Positions 10,389 to 17,745 of a DNA stretch of 64,000 nucleotides are shown here, one piece after another (position 1 is the stretch's first letter; each line of letters opens with the position of its first letter). The notes beneath the pieces were generated by a model. It was not told where the DNA came from. It saw only the letters and a list, made by a program, of their open reading frames with translations, and made no database searches. The position numbers were made by a program, and so were the translations under genes. This DNA is from Candidatus Omnitrophota bacterium. GTDB taxonomy: Bacteria; Omnitrophota; Gorgyraeia; 1-14-0-20-64-10. The stretch is from contig JAHFFE010000003.1 of the NCBI GenBank assembly GCA_023248155.1, forward strand, positions 80,042 to 144,041, given 5' to 3'.

Positions 10389-10757
10389 ATGCTGGCTGCT
10401 CGTACCCCGGATGGTCTCTATACTTTCCCGTTAACAATCGCATTTAAAGGCCCTATTAAAAAGCTCACAGGACTTGTTGATACCGGAAGCAATATATGTG
10501 TATGCACATATAAAATTCCTACCACTCTTAAAGCTAGAGCGACCAGCTTCGGTCCAATTTCAAGCGCTGTTTCTACTAAGACAGTCCAGGCATTTGGATA
10601 TTCTTTAAATGTCGGATTTGATGGAAAATCTGTGATGACGCATGTATATCGCCTGCCGTTAAATATGCCCGGCATAGACTTTATTCTGGGAATGCCTATC
10701 CTCTCTAAGTGCAATACTACGATAAAAGCTGACTGTATGGAGATCGAGTGGATTTGA
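10389..10757 (+). CDS. Retropepsin-like (clan AA) aspartic protease, single domain
   Basis: Catalytic LVDTGSN (D-T-G-S) motif plus the downstream hydrophobic-hydrophobic-Gly motif GIDFILGMPIL typical of retropepsins. The 122-aa size fits a homodimeric single-domain protease. Confidence 0.65.
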   Translation: MLAARTPDGLYTFPLTIAFKGPIKKLTGLVDTGSNICVCTYKIPTTLKARATSFGPISSAVSTKTVQAFGYSLNVGFDGKSVMTHVYRLPLNMPGIDFILGMPILSKCNTTIKADCMEIEWI

Positions 10758-10780
10758 GGGTTGCTTCGTAGGTATTTCCA

Positions 10781-11029
10781 GTGTATAGTGTGTTTATGCC
10801 TAAGCGGTCAAGTAAGGAAAAAGACGAGAACGAAATAGCCCGCTCTATCCTAGAGCAGGTAACACAGTCCGCGTCAGATCACCCACAAAAAAATCCTGCT
10901 GCTGTAGCACTCGGGCGCCTTGGCGGCCTCAAGGGAGGCAATGCCCGAGCGGCTTCATTGTCCTCTGAAAAACGAAAATCCATTGCCAAGCGTGCTGCCA
11001 AAGCCCGCTGGTCAAAGAATCAAAGATAG
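10781..11029 (+). CDS. Small basic protein with a C-terminal GGLKGG…ARW (KGG-like) motif
   Basis: LGRLGGLKGGNARAASLSSEKRKSIAKRAAKARW is a widespread motif in small proteins of unknown function from phage and mobile contexts. Which of two in-frame ATGs (10781, 10796) is the true start is uncertain. Confidence 0.5.
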   Translation: MYSVFMPKRSSKEKDENEIARSILEQVTQSASDHPQKNPAAVALGRLGGLKGGNARAASLSSEKRKSIAKRAAKARWSKNQR

Positions 11030-11089
11030 AAAAAATCCTTGCACGAATGAATAAATCTATGTATACTGCATTTCGTGGAGGAATACAAA

Positions 11090-11623
11090 ATGGATATGTT
11101 CAAATTGAGGTTAAAAATCGGTCTCAATGAATTCGAGGCCGAAGGTGATCGTGAAATTGTTCTGAAGCAAAAAGAGTGGTGGTTTGAGAAAGTACAAGTA
11201 GCGCCTGCCGTAGTAGTTCCCCTGAAAACTGGTGTGTTTTCTCCTACATCAAAAAAACATTCTTCCGATGACGCACCTGCGGTTCCTTCTGAATTAGATC
11301 GTGTTCTGTCTGTTCAGAAAGGAAAGGTTGTATTGCAGGCAAAATTACCCGGAGACGGAAAAGAGGGCGATATCATTCTGATGATTTTGCTTGGTTATAA
11401 AGAACTTCTGAATGTAGAGCCCGTTTCTGCGGTTGCTCTTGGAAAAAGCCTTCGTCTTTCTGGGGTAGGGATTTCGAGAGCGGATAAATATATTTCCGAA
11501 TTAAATGAAAAGAAGTTTGTTCTAACATCTGGTTTTCGGGTTGGATCGAAACATACGCTCACTATACCCGGAATTGCTAAAGCTAAGGAATCCGTGAGGG
11601 AGATTATGGCTTTACTAGAATAA
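11090..11623 (+). CDS. Hypothetical protein (178 aa)
   Basis: A strong RBS (GGAGGA) lies 7 nt upstream of the ATG at 11090. The six-frame track starts at GTG 11075. No recognisable family. It is followed by a GC-rich hairpin. Confidence 0.5.
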   Translation: MDMFKLRLKIGLNEFEAEGDREIVLKQKEWWFEKVQVAPAVVVPLKTGVFSPTSKKHSSDDAPAVPSELDRVLSVQKGKVVLQAKLPGDGKEGDIILMILLGYKELLNVEPVSAVALGKSLRLSGVGISRADKYISELNEKKFVLTSGFRVGSKHTLTIPGIAKAKESVREIMALLE

Positions 11624-11649
11624 AAAACCGGGGAGTTCTAGCTCCCCGG
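11622..11649 (-). terminator. Intrinsic-terminator-like hairpin oriented for minus-strand transcription
   Basis: A-tract 11622-11627, then stem CCGGGGAG / CTCCCCGG with loop TTCTAG (11628-11649). On the minus strand this reads as a hairpin followed by UUUUUU. On the plus strand no U-tract follows. Confidence 0.45.
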
Positions 11650-11685
11650 CTAAACCTATAACATTGCACCCTGTGGAGGAATACA

Positions 11686-11745
11686 ATGTTCGCCCTTTTA
11701 TGGGCGGTTGGCTTCATTCATATTCTAGCTAGACCGCCACCATAA
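11686..11745 (+). CDS. Possible 19-aa hydrophobic micro-ORF (MFALLWAVGFIHILARPPP)
   Basis: It is preceded by GGAGGA with a 5-nt spacer. The 14-nt stretch GTGGAGGAATACAA is identical to the translation-initiation region of the 11090 ORF. Speculative. Confidence 0.25.
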   Translation: MFALLWAVGFIHILARPPP

Positions 11746-11774
11746 GTCAACGAGTAGCCTTTGGTTACCTCGGT

Positions 11775-11828
11775 AAAAAAATAAAAGGGGATAGCGGATT
11801 TGCTTTTCTACGGCTGACCGCTATCCCC
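11775..11828 (-). terminator. Strong intrinsic-terminator-like hairpin oriented for minus-strand transcription
   Basis: A-tract AAAAAAATAAAA (11775-11786), then an 11-bp perfect stem GGGGATAGCGG / CCGCTATCCCC (11787-11797 / 11818-11828) with a 20-nt loop. On the minus strand it is followed by a U-rich tract. Confidence 0.45.
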
Positions 11829-11889
11829 ACCCCGAGTGTAACTTGATTGAAATTTACCATAGCCGCCTAATCATTTACAAATGTTTTGT

Positions 11890-11918
11890 TTGACAATGCT
11901 TGAGCGGTCAAGTATAAT
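11890..11918 (+). promoter_or_regulatory. Consensus sigma70 promoter for the transposase (TTGACA-17nt-TATAAT), predicted leaderless transcript
   Basis: -35 TTGACA at 11890-11895, an exact 17-nt spacer, -10 TATAAT at 11913-11918. The ATG at 11925 lies 7 nt downstream of the -10, with no Shine-Dalgarno. Confidence 0.6.
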
Positions 11919-11924
11919 ACTAAT

Positions 11925-12752
11925 ATGAACAAGTTAACCACACAAAAACAAACTGCGATTCTTTCCGCTCTCATAGAGGGGAACTCCATTAGGGCTACTT
12001 GCCGAATGACTGGCGTAGCCAAAGGAACCGTTCTGTCTCTCTTAGGGCGTGTAGGGCTGGCGTGCGCCGAGTATCAGAACATAACTCTTAAGAACCTGAA
12101 CTGTAAGCGGATTCAGTGCGACGAAATCTGGGCGTTCTGCTACGCAAAAGAAAAGAATGTGCCTAAGAAGCTACAGGGCAAGTTTGGCTACGGCGATATG
12201 TGGACTTGGACAGCATTGGACGCTGATAGCAAACTGATCGTCTCTTTCCTTGTAGGGAACCGAGACGCTTACACTGGTCGGATATTTATGCAGGACTTGG
12301 CTTCTCGATTATCCAACAAGGTTCAGTTGACTACGGACGGACACAGGGTTTATTTAGAAGCGGTCGAATATGCCTTCGGTGGGGATATTGATTACGCCCA
12401 GATAGTCAAGATTTACGGAACAGAACCCCAACCCCAGAATACACGCTATAGTCCTTCAAAGTGCTTGGGAACTCAGCAGATTAAAATTAACGGGGAACCT
12501 GATCTTCGGCATACCTCTACCAGCTATGTTGAACGGCAGAACCTAACTATGCGGATGAGTATGCGTCGGTTTACTCGGCTGACCAATGCTTTCTCAAAGA
12601 AGGCAGATAATTTGAAGCACGCCGTAGCCCTGCATTTCATGTATTATAACTTCTGCCGGATTCATCAGACCTTGAGGGTTACTCCGGCTATGGAAGCAGG
12701 CGTTACAAACCGAATGTGGGCGTTAGAGGACATTTTACGGCTTGCTAATTGA
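11925..12752 (+). CDS. IS1-family transposase, single-ORF fused InsA(HTH)-InsB(DDE) form
   Basis: The N-terminal HTH ILSALIEGNSIRATCRMTGVAKGTVLSLL aligns with the IS1 InsA helix-turn-helix. The DDE regions QCDEIWAFCYAK, LTTDGHRVY and YVERQNLTMRMSMRRFTRLTNAFSKK…YYNF parallel IS1 InsB ([42 protein letters not shown]…). Confidence 0.85.
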   Translation: MNKLTTQKQTAILSALIEGNSIRATCRMTGVAKGTVLSLLGRVGLACAEYQNITLKNLNCKRIQCDEIWAFCYAKEKNVPKKLQGKFGYGDMWTWTALDADSKLIVSFLVGNRDAYTGRIFMQDLASRLSNKVQLTTDGHRVYLEAVEYAFGGDIDYAQIVKIYGTEPQPQNTRYSPSKCLGTQQIKINGEPDLRHTSTSYVERQNLTMRMSMRRFTRLTNAFSKKADNLKHAVALHFMYYNFCRIHQTLRVTPAMEAGVTNRMWALEDILRLAN

Positions 12753-12767
12753 AATTGAACCACTACC
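12741..12767 (-). repeat. Right terminal inverted repeat (IRR) of the element
   Basis: The reverse complement matches IRL at 22/27 positions. It contains the transposase stop codon. Confidence 0.65.
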
Positions 12768-12775
12768 AGCCCCCT
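12768..12775. repeat. Right copy of 8-bp direct repeat AGCCCCCT (putative target-site duplication)
   Basis: Identical to 10002-10009. IS1-family elements make 8-9-bp duplications. Confidence 0.6.
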
Positions 12776-12841
12776 CATTTCCTAGACGGCTGTCGTTCGT
12801 CATGATAAAATATTCTTTTTAACCCCGCTCAAGGAGTTTTC

Positions 12842-14149
12842 ATGAATATCTGTGTCGTCGGCGCCGGACATGTGGGCCTGGTCACCGCGGTTGGATTCGC
12901 GGAAATGGGGCATTCCGTTATTTGTATGGATACGGACCCCAAGAAACTGGCTCTTCTACGGAAAGGCAAGCCCTGGTTTTTCGAGCCGGGACTGGCGCCT
13001 CTGCTGGTTAAAAATCTCAAGAAAAAACGGCTTTCATTCACCGATAAAATCGCCGATGGCGTGAAGAAATGTCCGATTTTGTTTATCGCGGTTGGTACGC
13101 CTCCGCTGGCCTCCGGCGAGGCCGATTTAACCGCCGTCGAAGATGTCGTGCGGCAAATTGCCGATTCGGCCACCGAATACCGGTTGATCGTTGAGAAATC
13201 AACCGTCCCGGTGGAAACCGGCCGCCGCGTCAAGCAGGTGCTGGGTCTGGCGATGCGCCGCAAAATACAGATCGACGTGGCCTCGAATCCAGAATTTTTA
13301 CGCGAAGGATCAGGCGTGGAAGATTTCTTCCATCCGGAGCGGATCGTGATCGGCGTCGAAACAGCCCGTTCACGCCAGCTGCTGGAACAGTTGTACAAGC
13401 CATTTAAGGTTCCGCTGGTTGTGACCGATATCGCCAGCGCCGAATTAATCAAGCATTCCTCGAACGCCTTCCTTTCAATGAAAATCTCTTTTATTAACGC
13501 GGTCTCCGTTCTGTGCGATAAAGTGGGCGCTGATGTTTCCCGTGTGGCCGAAGGGATGGGGTACGATTCCCGCATCGGTAAATCATTTTTGAATGCCGGG
13601 GCCGGTTATGGCGGTTTCTGCTTTCCGAAAGACCTTGAAGCTTATATCCGGATCGCCGACAAACTCGGTTATGACTTTCAATTACTGAAGGCGGTCAAGC
13701 AGGTTAATGACGGCCAGCGCAAGATCGTGGTGCAAAAAATCGAACGTGAATTGTGGAACCTGAAGGGAAAAGTGATCGGCGTGCTGGGGTTGTCATTTAA
13801 GCCGGACACTGACGACCTTCGGTTTTCGCCGGCACTGGAAGTGATCGAGATGCTGCTGAAGGCGCAGGCCTCGGTGCGCGTCTATGATCCGGAATCGATG
13901 GCAGGCGCCCGCGCGATGCTGAAGAAAAGCGTTGCCTATGCCAAGGATGCGTACGCGGCCGCGCGCGACGCCGACTGTCTGGTACTGATGACTGAATGGG
14001 CGGAATTCAAAAAACTGGATTTTAAGAAACTGCGCGATTTAATGAAACAGCCGGTGCTGATGGATGCGCGCAACCTGTATGATCCGGACCGGGTGCGCCT
14101 GGCCGGATTACGCTATCTGGGCATGGGCCGCGGGGGCGACTCGAAATGA
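12842..14149 (+). CDS. ugd: UDP-glucose 6-dehydrogenase
   Basis: N-terminal NAD-binding ICVVGAGHVGLVTA, the catalytic Cys region GGFCFPKD, and a UDP-binding C-terminal domain. A perfect AAGGAG RBS lies upstream. Confidence 0.85.
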   Translation: MNICVVGAGHVGLVTAVGFAEMGHSVICMDTDPKKLALLRKGKPWFFEPGLAPLLVKNLKKKRLSFTDKIADGVKKCPILFIAVGTPPLASGEADLTAVEDVVRQIADSATEYRLIVEKSTVPVETGRRVKQVLGLAMRRKIQIDVASNPEFLREGSGVEDFFHPERIVIGVETARSRQLLEQLYKPFKVPLVVTDIASAELIKHSSNAFLSMKISFINAVSVLCDKVGADVSRVAEGMGYDSRIGKSFLNAGAGYGGFCFPKDLEAYIRIADKLGYDFQLLKAVKQVNDGQRKIVVQKIERELWNLKGKVIGVLGLSFKPDTDDLRFSPALEVIEMLLKAQASVRVYDPESMAGARAMLKKSVAYAKDAYAAARDADCLVLMTEWAEFKKLDFKKLRDLMKQPVLMDARNLYDPDRVRLAGLRYLGMGRGGDSK

Positions 14150-14883
14150 AAGGCGTTATTTTAGCCGGCGGTCTGGGTTCCCGCATGCGTCCGCTGACGC
14201 TGGTCACGAATAAACATCTGCTGCCGGTTTACAACCGGCCGATGATCTATTTCCCGATTCAGGCGCTGGCCGATGCCGGCATCGATGAAATTTTACTGGT
14301 AACCGGAGGCAACAGCGCCGGTGATTTTCTGCGATTGATTGGAAACGGCTCTCAGTTTGGATTAAAGCATATGAGTTACGCCTATCAGAAAGGCGAGGGC
14401 GGCATTGCCGAAGCGCTGGGGCTGGCCGAGCATTTCGCTGCCGGGGACCGGATTCTCGTCATGCTGGGCGATAATATCATTCAGGGCAATATCGGGCCGC
14501 ATGTTCGTTCCTATCTGAAGCAGTCGTCTGGCGCAAAAATCCTATTAAAGAAAGTTTCGGATCCAGAACGGTTCGGCGTCGCGGTTCTTAAAGGCAAGAA
14601 GGTAATCGGGATTGAAGAAAAGCCGAAGAAACCGAAATCAAACTGCATCGTGACCGGCATCTACATGTATGACCAGCAGGTATTCCAGATTATTAAAACA
14701 CTTAAGCCTTCAGGCCGCGGCGAGCTGGAAATTACGGACGTAAACAACGCCTATATCCGTATGGGACAGATGTCGTACGATGTTTTAAGCGGATTCTGGT
14801 CCGATTGCGGTACCTTCGAATCGCTGTTGAATGCCACGAACCTGGTTGCCCGCAGTGAAACCCGCAAGGGAAAACGCTCATGA
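14146..14883 (+). CDS. Sugar-1-phosphate nucleotidyltransferase (glucose-1-phosphate thymidylyltransferase-like, short form)
   Basis: MKGVILAGGLGSRMRPLT…NKHLLPV is the nucleotidyltransferase signature. 245 aa. It precedes RmlB/RmlD-like genes. Confidence 0.8.
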   Translation: MKGVILAGGLGSRMRPLTLVTNKHLLPVYNRPMIYFPIQALADAGIDEILLVTGGNSAGDFLRLIGNGSQFGLKHMSYAYQKGEGGIAEALGLAEHFAAGDRILVMLGDNIIQGNIGPHVRSYLKQSSGAKILLKKVSDPERFGVAVLKGKKVIGIEEKPKKPKSNCIVTGIYMYDQQVFQIIKTLKPSGRGELEITDVNNAYIRMGQMSYDVLSGFWSDCGTFESLLNATNLVARSETRKGKRS

Positions 14884-15854
14884 AATTATTCGTCACCGGC
14901 GGCGCCGGATTTATCGGATCGAATTTCGTCCGCTGGATGCTGCGCCGCAATTCGGACCTTCAGATCGTCAACTTCGACAAACTGACCTATGCCGGCAATC
15001 TCGAGAACCTGCGCGAACTTGAGGGAAATGCCCGATACCGTTTTGTGCGCGGCGATGTCGCCAATGCCGCCGAAGTGGAAGAAGCGATGCGCGGCTGTGA
15101 TGCCGCCGTTCATTTCGCGGCCGAAACGCATGTCGACCGATCGATCCGCGACGCGTTCGAATTTCTGCGCACGAATCTGCAGGGCACCTATGTCATGCTC
15201 GAAGCGGCGCGCAAACTGGGCATCAAACGCTATGTCCAGATTTCCACCGACGAAGTGTATGGTTCTCTGCCCGAAGGGGCCGCCGATGAGCAGGGACATA
15301 TCCAGCCCAACAGCCCGTACGCCGCCAGCAAAGCCGGCGCCGATCATCTGGTCCGCTCGTACCATGTCACGTTTGGGCTTCCATGCCTGGTCGTGCGCGC
15401 CTCCAATAATTACGGGCCGTACCAGTTCCCAGAGAAATTTCTTCCACTATTGATCACCAATGCGATGGACAACCAGTCGCTGCCGATTTACGGCGATGGA
15501 AAATATGTGCGCGAATGGCTGTTTGTCGAAGATTTCTGCTCGGCGATCGAGCTTGTTTTGAGCAAGGGTACCGTTGGACAAATTTATAATGTCGGATCTG
15601 AAGTTCATAAAATAAATCTCGATGTTGTTCAGGCCGTCTTGAAGCGGATGGGCAAACCGGAAACGCTGGTACGGCATGTTCAGGATCGGCCCGGACATGA
15701 CCGGCGCTATGCGATCGTTTCGAACAAGGTTCGCGCGCTCGGATGGAAACCCAGCTGCACTTTTGAAGAGGGACTCGATCGAACCATCGCCTGGTATCAG
15801 GCGAATGAAGCCTGGTGGCGGCCGTTAAAGCAGAAGGTTATGTCGGTCGCGTGA
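14880..15854 (+). CDS. rmlB: dTDP-glucose 4,6-dehydratase
   Basis: Extended SDR with [24 protein letters not shown] (YxxxK) and a conserved RmlB-type C-terminus. Confidence 0.85.
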   Translation: MKLFVTGGAGFIGSNFVRWMLRRNSDLQIVNFDKLTYAGNLENLRELEGNARYRFVRGDVANAAEVEEAMRGCDAAVHFAAETHVDRSIRDAFEFLRTNLQGTYVMLEAARKLGIKRYVQISTDEVYGSLPEGAADEQGHIQPNSPYAASKAGADHLVRSYHVTFGLPCLVVRASNNYGPYQFPEKFLPLLITNAMDNQSLPIYGDGKYVREWLFVEDFCSAIELVLSKGTVGQIYNVGSEVHKINLDVVQAVLKRMGKPETLVRHVQDRPGHDRRYAIVSNKVRALGWKPSCTFEEGLDRTIAWYQANEAWWRPLKQKVMSVA

Positions 15855-16771
15855 AAATTGTTTTGACCGGCTGTGCCGGAATGCTGGGGCGGCCGCTCGC
15901 AGAACTGCTCTCGGCAAAGGCGGAAGTGACTGGGATCGTCTTAACGATGCCGGAGGAAAAGCCGAAGGGCGTTTCTCGGTTGATCTCGGGGGATGTAGCC
16001 GATCCGGTCTGGGCCGATGAAATCCGCCGGATTAACCCGGACTGGGTGATTCATTCGGCCGCGATGACCGACGTGGACGGCTGTGAGAAAAATCCGGATG
16101 AAGCACTCCGGGTCAACGGTAAAGCCACGGAAAACTGGGCGAAGATCTGTCGTGATCTGGACAAGCCGCTGCTCTATGTGAGCACCGATTATGTTTTCGA
16201 TGGATCGAAGCAGGGCGCTTATGAGGAAACAGACCCGACTCATCCGGTCAGCGCGTACGGAGCGTCGAAACTGGCTGGAGAAACCGCGGCGCTGGCGCTG
16301 GTACCCAAGGTGCTGGTGGCCCGGACCGCCTGGACCTACGGTGCCGGCGGAAAAAATTTTATCGATCAGATTCTGGCGCGCGCAACGCAAAATCTGGAAC
16401 TGCGCGTGGTAGATGATCAAGTCGGATCACCGTCATATACGAATGATGTGGCTGATGGGATCGTCCGATTAATGGGCGCCTTTGAACAAAACGGTTTTTC
16501 GCCGGAAGCGCGCGGTGTTTATCATATTGTGAACAACGGTTCCTGTTCGCGCTGGGAACTGGCGGTAAAAATTCTGGAATTAACGGGGATCCGGATGCCC
16601 GTGCAGAAAATCGGATCGGCCGAGATTCAGCGGCCGGCGAAACGACCGGCAAACTCGGTATTATCGACCGAGCGGTTTAATCGCCTGACCGGGCAAGCGC
16701 TGCGGCCGTGGCAGGAAGCGCTTTACAGCTATTTACATAAGACAAGGAGGGTTGGAGCGTGCGTGTCTTAA
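15851..16771 (+). CDS. dTDP-4-dehydro-6-deoxyhexose reductase (RmlD family)
   Basis: GCAGMLG…, SAYGASKLAGE and the typical RmlD length. The GTG start overlaps the rmlB stop (GTGA). No RmlC-like gene is present in the locus. Confidence 0.75.
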   Translation: MKIVLTGCAGMLGRPLAELLSAKAEVTGIVLTMPEEKPKGVSRLISGDVADPVWADEIRRINPDWVIHSAAMTDVDGCEKNPDEALRVNGKATENWAKICRDLDKPLLYVSTDYVFDGSKQGAYEETDPTHPVSAYGASKLAGETAALALVPKVLVARTAWTYGAGGKNFIDQILARATQNLELRVVDDQVGSPSYTNDVADGIVRLMGAFEQNGFSPEARGVYHIVNNGSCSRWELAVKILELTGIRMPVQKIGSAEIQRPAKRPANSVLSTERFNRLTGQALRPWQEALYSYLHKTRRVGACVS

Positions 16772-17745
16772 TTACAGGAATCACCGGGTTTGCCGGATCG
16801 CATTTGACCGAATTGCTGCTGAAGAAGGGCGGCATCGAAGTATACGGAATCCAGCGCTGGCGTTCAAAGACGGACAACATTGACCACTTGAAGGGAAAGA
16901 TCCATCTGCTTGAATGCGATTTGCGCGATGCTTCTTCGGTTCTTCACGCGATCGAAAAGATCCGCCCCGAACGGATTTTTCATCTGGCCGCGCAATCGTT
17001 CGTTCCGGCTTCCTGGTCGGCGCCGGCTGAAACGCTTTCCACCAACCTGATCGGCCAGTTGAATATTTTCGAAGCGGTTCGTAAGGCCGGACTTTCGCCG
17101 CGTATCCAAATTGCCGGAAGTTCGGAAGAGTACGGCCTGGTGCTTCCCAACGAAGTTCCGATGACCGAAAACAATCCGCTGCGTCCGTTGAGCCCGTACG
17201 CGGTTTCCAAAGTAGCCCAGGATTTCCTGGGGTACCAGTACCATATGAGCTACAAAATATTTATCGTCCGCACTCGCGGATTCAATCATACCGGACCGCG
17301 GCGCGGCGATGTATTTGCCGAATCAAACTTCGCGATGCAGATCGCGCGCATTGAGGCCGGATTGCAGGAACCGATCATCCGCGTCGGCAACCTGGAAGCG
17401 CAGCGCGATTACACCGATGTGCGCGACATGGTCGAAGGCTATTGGCTTTCGCTGGAAAAGGGAACGGCCGGCGAAGTCTACAACATCGCCAGCGGAAAAA
17501 CCTGGTCGATTCAGAAAACGCTGGATATGCTGCTCAGCCACAGCTCGATCAAGGTCAAGATTATGCAGGATCCCGAGCGGATGCGGCCGTCCGACGTACA
17601 GATTTTGCTGGGCGACAACACGAAATTCGTGCAGGCAACCGGATGGAAACCGAAAATTCCGTTTGAAACAACGCTGAAAGATCTGCTCGACTATTGGCGC
17701 GAAAAAACCAAGTCGTCGGCTGCTCATGCCGAGTCTGCTCGATAA
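16759..17745 (+). CDS. GDP-mannose 4,6-dehydratase-family extended SDR (Gmd/Rmd-like)
   Basis: ITGITGFAGSHL, SPYAVSKV, NHTGPRRG and a Gmd-like overall arrangement. Dehydratase versus reductase cannot be decided. Confidence 0.65.
   Translation: MRVLITGITGFAGSHLTELLLKKGGIEVYGIQRWRSKTDNIDHLKGKIHLLECDLRDASSVLHAIEKIRPERIFHLAAQSFVPASWSAPAETLSTNLIGQLNIFEAVRKAGLSPRIQIAGSSEEYGLVLPNEVPMTENNPLRPLSPYAVSKVAQDFLGYQYHMSYKIFIVRTRGFNHTGPRRGDVFAESNFAMQIARIEAGLQEPIIRVGNLEAQRDYTDVRDMVEGYWLSLEKGTAGEVYNIASGKTWSIQKTLDMLLSHSSIKVKIMQDPERMRPSDVQILLGDNTKFVQATGWKPKIPFETTLKDLLDYWREKTKSSAAHAESAR

Larger units (their letters stand above)
10010..12767 (+). mobile_element. IS1-family insertion element with passenger genes (2758 bp), inserted between lptD and the glycan operon
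   Basis: Imperfect terminal inverted repeats: left GGTAGTGGGTCAGTTTGAATCAACAAG; right reverse-complement GGTAGTGGTTCAATTTCAATTAGCAAG. They match at 22/27 positions. An 8-bp direct repeat flanks the element. GC drops sharply versus flanks. The IS1-family transposase gene lies at the right end and its stop codon sits inside IRR, as in IS1. Confidence 0.7.

Noticed and set aside
11622-11649. Hairpin after the 178-aa ORF as a plus-strand rho-independent terminator
   Set aside because: No U-tract follows it on the plus strand. The A-tract lies 5' of the stem, so it is canonical only for the minus strand.
10002-12775. Initially read CCACTACC-AGCCCCCT-GGTAGTGG as a host hairpin or terminator split by an insertion
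   Set aside because: The order in the sequence is AGCCCCCT-GGTAGTGG… at the left and …CCACTACC-AGCCCCCT at the right. The inverted 8-mers are therefore the inner, element-borne TIRs and extend to ~27 bp. The identical 8-mers are outer direct repeats. This is the TSD+TIR arrangement, not a split palindrome.
12753-12841. Possible extended -10 promoter (TGATAAAAT) upstream of ugd
   Set aside because: There is no convincing -35. The IS insertion 70 nt upstream complicates interpretation, so it is not listed as a feature.
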